From the NCBI GenBank assembly GCA_951406725.2, contig OX597819.1:104284001-104348000 (forward strand): a stretch of 64,000 nucleotides of DNA. The letters run 5' to 3'. Source of the DNA: Octopus vulgaris. Its lineage: Eukaryota. Position numbers and translations under genes: made by a program. The notes below the pieces were generated by a model. The model made no database searches. It was not told the DNA's origin and saw nothing but the letters and a program-made list of their open reading frames with translations. This document shows positions 59,897-64,000 of the stretch, in pieces; positions within the stretch are counted from its first letter, which is position 1, and each line of letters starts with the position of its first letter.

Positions 59897-60058
59897 GTCA
59901 CAAACACGCCTGTAACATAGAGGTCTATACTAGACATGTATATATGCATACGAATCTTTCATAGATTCTGTGTGTACATTACACGTGCACCTTTTTGTAA
60001 GTTTACTGACATGGAAATAACTGTATCTTTCTTTGTGTGTGTGTGTGCGTGCATTGGT

Positions 60059-60096
<38 letters not shown>

Positions 60097-60825
60097 GCTA
60101 TGCGTACATATATGTAAACACCTGTGTGTCTGTGTGTCTGAGTGTCTATGTGTATGTATGTATGTATGTATTTTACCGCTAAGCAACAATTTATAAAGTG
60201 TTATTTGCTGTAATGATATATGTGTGCCGTGGGTGTTTGGCTCGCGATATCCTGAGTATTCTTCAGAAATGAACGCATATATCATCAAGTCGACTTTCGA
60301 TTCCATTATAGATTAAAGATAGAAACGAGTACCCCACTCTCACCACCACCACTACTACTACTACCACCGCCGCTAACAACAACAATAACAACAACATCGA
60401 CACTGCTAACACTAACCATAATAAAGGCGATTGCTAACTGAATCACGTGGCTACAAATTCACAACAATGGGTTATGCTCGATGAAGTATCATACTTCTAG
60501 TCTTTAACTGGTATTTAATTTTATCGACCCCGAAGGGATAAATGTGAAGATCGATTACGGCGTGATATGAACACCGAATACAGTCAGTTATAAATATATA
60601 TAGCAAAGTGCCATTTTCATCAGTTTTGAGTCCTCTTGCCTCACATTCACCGACCTTGAAATTGTTTCCAATTTAGATGCAAGACTAGCAGTTTAGAAGA
60701 GAAGATCTAGACGATTAAATAGAACCCAATGCTTGAATGGTACTTCATTTTATCGACCACGGAAGGATAAAGGCAACGTTGTCTTCGGTAGGTTTTAAAT
60801 ACAAACATAAAGAGACCGAAAGAAT

Positions 60826-61425
60826 TATTGGGTTGTCCGGAAAGTTCGTGCCGATTTATAGTAGCTTACCTTTCGACTTGTTTTAGAACATGGTTGAGTC
60901 CATAAAATAGGATTTGACTACATTTCCATCTGTGATTCGCTTTATAAACGGAATGAAAACGCGCCTTTTTTAATGCAAATTGTGACAGGTGATGAGAAAT
61001 GGATTGTCTACCGAAATGTTCAGAGGAAGCGATCCTGGATTAAGCGTCATGAGCCACCCTTAGCCACTCGGAAAGCGGATCTTCACCCTAAAAAAATAGT
61101 CTTGCTTTGTGTCTGGTGGGATTGGAAAGGAATTCTGTACTATGAGCTTCTCCCAAGTAACCAGACAATTAATTCTGAGAAATACTGCGCACAACTGGAC
61201 TAGTTAAAAGTAGCAATTCAAGAGAAACATTCTAGAATTGGCCAACAGGAAGGGTGTTACTGTCCAACATGATAATGCAAGACCGCACGTTTCTTTGGGA
61301 AACAGACAACAAAAATTGCTGCAGTTCAGCTGGGATGTGTTACCCCACCCTCCATATTCTGTAGATGTTGCTCCTTCGGATTTCCACTTATTCAGGTCTC
61401 TGCAGAATAGTCTTAATGGTAAAAA
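60826..61425 (+). mobile_element. Mariner (D,D34D) remnant: 5' TIR joined to the catalytic domain
   Basis: TA + TTGGGTTGTCCGGAAAGTTCGTGCCGATTT; IVTGDEKWIVY, LLCVWWDWKGILYYELL, QHDNARPH, LPHPPYSVDVAPSDFHLFRSLQNSLNGK; stop codon and frameshift. Confidence 0.9.
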
Positions 61426-61536
61426 AATTAATAATAATAATAAAACCATCACGAACCAAGAATTAAGAATCCACAAGAACAATGAAAGGAAACTACGTTA
61501 TAATGTAGGCCATCTCAGGAAACTGAGATGGCTTAC

Positions 61537-61597
<61 letters not shown>

Positions 61598-61761
61598 CAT
61601 AAATGAGGGCAAGGGAAAAAAATTTCAAATGCCAAATATGCCGAATGGGCTGGAGTATTTCTATTTTGGATGTATTTGGGGTACTTAATTGTGCCCATGA
61701 CTTAGTGTTTGCTTCTTTCATGGGTATGAGTAAGTATCTCATTTATTTCTTTTACCACATG

Positions 61762-61819
61762 TATCACTGACGAAGAGAGGGCTCTTAGTAGCTAACTCTG
61801 AAATCGGTCCGATATGGTA
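61762..61819 (+). ncRNA. Type I hammerhead ribozyme, copy 1
   Basis: TATCA-CTGACGA-AGAG..CTCT-GAAATCGGTCCGATA-TGGTA; complete core, stems I/II/III pair; predicted cleavage after AUA at 61814. Confidence 0.85.
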
Positions 61820-62302
61820 ATAATGGAATCTTTTAGAAATTTCTTTCGACCTTTATTCGAGTAGAGTGCGTATTGTGAAAAAATTATATGGTTAATGGAC
61901 AATATGTCCAATTTTTCGGCATATTTGGCATTTGGAATATTTTTTCCCTTGCCCTCATTTATGAATTATATAAATTTAACCGTTAAAGTTATTTTTTAAT
62001 ATGCTGGCCATTGATAAAATTTTTTTCGAGAAAATATTTTTTTTCGAAAATAATTTTATCTTCCGGTGCTCGGTTGACATTTGATATAAATTTAAGCGTT
62101 CACTTCCGGACTAACTAACTCACTCTGTGAAGATCAGAATCCTCAGTTCAAATCGCACGTGCCTCGTCAAATCGCACGTGCCTCGATGGGCTGGAGTACT
62201 TCTATTTTGGATGTATTTGGGGTACTTAATTGTGCCCATGACTTAGTGTTTGCTTCTTTCATGGGTATGAGTAAGTATCTCATTTATTTCTTTTACCACA
62301 TG

Positions 62303-62360
62303 TATCACTGACGAAGAGAGGGCTCTTAGTAGCTAACTCTGAAATCGGTCCGATATGGTA
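62303..62360 (+). ncRNA. Type I hammerhead ribozyme, copy 2 (identical to copy 1)
   Basis: Same sequence offset by 541 nt; predicted cleavage after 62355. Confidence 0.85.
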
Positions 62361-62611
62361 ATAATGGAATTTTTTAGAAATTTCTTTCGACCTTTATTCG
62401 AGTAGCGTGCGTATTGTGAAAAAATTACATGGTTAATGGACAATATGTCCAATTTTTCGGCATATTTGGCATTTGGAATTTTTTTTCCCTTGCCCTCATT
62501 TATGAATTATATAAATTTAACCGTTAAAGGTATTTTTTAATATGCTGGCCATTGATAAAATTTTTCGAGAAAATATTTATTTTTTTTCGAAAAGAATTTT
62601 ATCCTCACATT

Positions 62612-62653
<42 letters not shown>

Positions 62654-62837
62654 GTCCCTCAGATACGCCACCACAACAACACGTTGTGAAGATGTAAACA
62701 CATGGATTGCAATATCTCTATACGAAAACTGCAAATTTGTGAGTAAAATATTGGATTTAATATTTTAATGACATATATATCTATATTAATACAAGCCCCC
62801 TCTCTCCCCCGCTCTCTCTCTCCCTCTCTCTCTCTCG

Positions 62838-62930
<93 letters not shown>

Positions 62931-63804
62931 TATATATATGCACATTGCTGTCTCTAATAATAATATCTAAAAACATTTTAGCACAAGTCTAGAAATTTTA
63001 AGGGCGGGGCAAGGCATTAACATCGCTCAAGGTACTTGAATTGTACTTTATCTGATCGATCCCCCAAAAATGAAAGTTGAACGTAGCATTAGCTGAACTC
63101 ATTTTCCTCTGTATTGTATATCGACCTAAACAGTCAACACTAATCTGAACCTCACGTCGGTGTTAAGTGAGGATCCTCTTCGTGTGTTTTAGACAGCTTT
63201 TGAGTTTTGCTAAGTCCCGCTGACCTCCTTTGCAATATTTTTTCCTCCTTGTAGTCTCCTCTGTAATGGTTTGTCTCACTTCTCCAGGTTCGATTCGCTC
63301 TCCAGAATTGATATGTACAGCTGCTACCATGCACCCTATCCGTTTCAATTATCAAAAATATCATCATTTAGATCTACCAGTGTCTCACTGGATCCGTCAT
63401 TACAGACTGTGCAAAGTTTCTTCTCTATTTTTCATGGTATAGAAGTAAGTTACCTTTCTATTCAACAGTTTTTGTTCAAATTCATCGGGTAAGGAGGCAT
63501 AGTCTTTTATAATACATCTCTGCCACATTTGTTTTTCTGAGTGAAATTAGTCTGTGTGTAATGTGTCCGTATTGGACCTGACATTTGCAGAATTTCGTGT
63601 AGTTGTTGCTATTATTGTTAAGTGAGGCATCAAAATTGCTGTTTTGTATTACAAACGCAGAAACATTATTTTTTCTTTAAAATGTTTGGACTTTGTTTCA
63701 TAATATTTTTGTCCAATTTCTTCTTTGCTTAATTTAATTTTCTGTACAACTGACAAAATTTTTGTTTATTTGGTGGTGATGGTGTTGGCATTTACAAACT
63801 GCAA

Positions 63805-64000
63805 GTTATATACAGAAAAAAATGATGGCACAGATATACATCAGAAAAGGTCTCTGAGACTGCTATAAATACTATTTTCTGGGATATGCTACTACACACA
63901 AGCAGGGAGATCATAGCAAATCGACAAGATATTGTTGTTAAGGACCCCTAGAAAAAACCCTTCCCAATCGAAGTATCTGTCTCAGCAGATAATAACAGAA
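63805..64000 (+). pseudogene. RLE-type (R4/Dong-like) non-LTR endonuclease fragment running off the window
   Basis: EKVSETAINTIFWDMLLHTSREIIANRQDIVVKDP*KKPFPIEVSVSADNN resembles the ILWD..I.TD..I.ANRPDIVV....LIDV RLE motif. Confidence 0.7.

Larger units (their letters stand above)
61589..62618 (+). mobile_element. Tandem 541-bp non-coding repeat (about 1.8 units) with one hammerhead per unit and an inverted 5' piece; retrozyme/PLE-pLTR-like
   Basis: Units start ATGGGCTGGAGTA at 61645 and 62186 and are near-identical; 61589-61645 is the reverse complement of 61915-61972; (TA)n on both flanks. Confidence 0.88.

Noticed and set aside
60973-61606. SETMAR-like host gene
   Set aside because: No SET domain, TIR present, internal deletion, stop and frameshift; the ORF tail runs into unrelated sequence

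Overview
Eukaryotic, AT-rich, extremely microsatellite-dense genomic DNA with no recognisable host protein-coding exon. The SINE families and repeat style suggest an octopus/coleoid cephalopod intron or intergenic region (inference). Nearly all ORFs in the supplied track are translations of simple repeats. The real coding content is transposon-derived: (i) an uninterrupted, 5'-truncated Penelope-like element (RT + GIY-YIG, Naiad-like) at 2447-4411; (ii) a decayed minus-strand Penelope-like element with inverted terminal repeats (25245-28690); (iii) another PLE GIY-YIG remnant; (iv) a hAT/Charlie-type transposase pseudogene; (v) three mariner remnants; (vi) two RLE-type (R4/Dong-like) non-LTR fragments; (vii) at least four tRNA-derived SINE families. 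The most notable signal, not visible in the ORF track, is a set of type I hammerhead ribozyme (HHR) motifs from several unrelated repeat families. These are a 541-bp tandem non-coding unit with two intact HHRs (retrozyme-like, predicting a 541-nt self-excised RNA), a second non-coding HHR element, a tRNA-headed SINE-like element with an HHR tail, and a U3-A8 core-variant HHR in a PLE terminal repeat. Several sit in (TA)n tracts with fold-back junctions, consistent with non-autonomous ribozyme RNAs mobilised by Penelope-like RT/GIY-YIG machinery. All calls were made by eye; no searches or folding programs were run.
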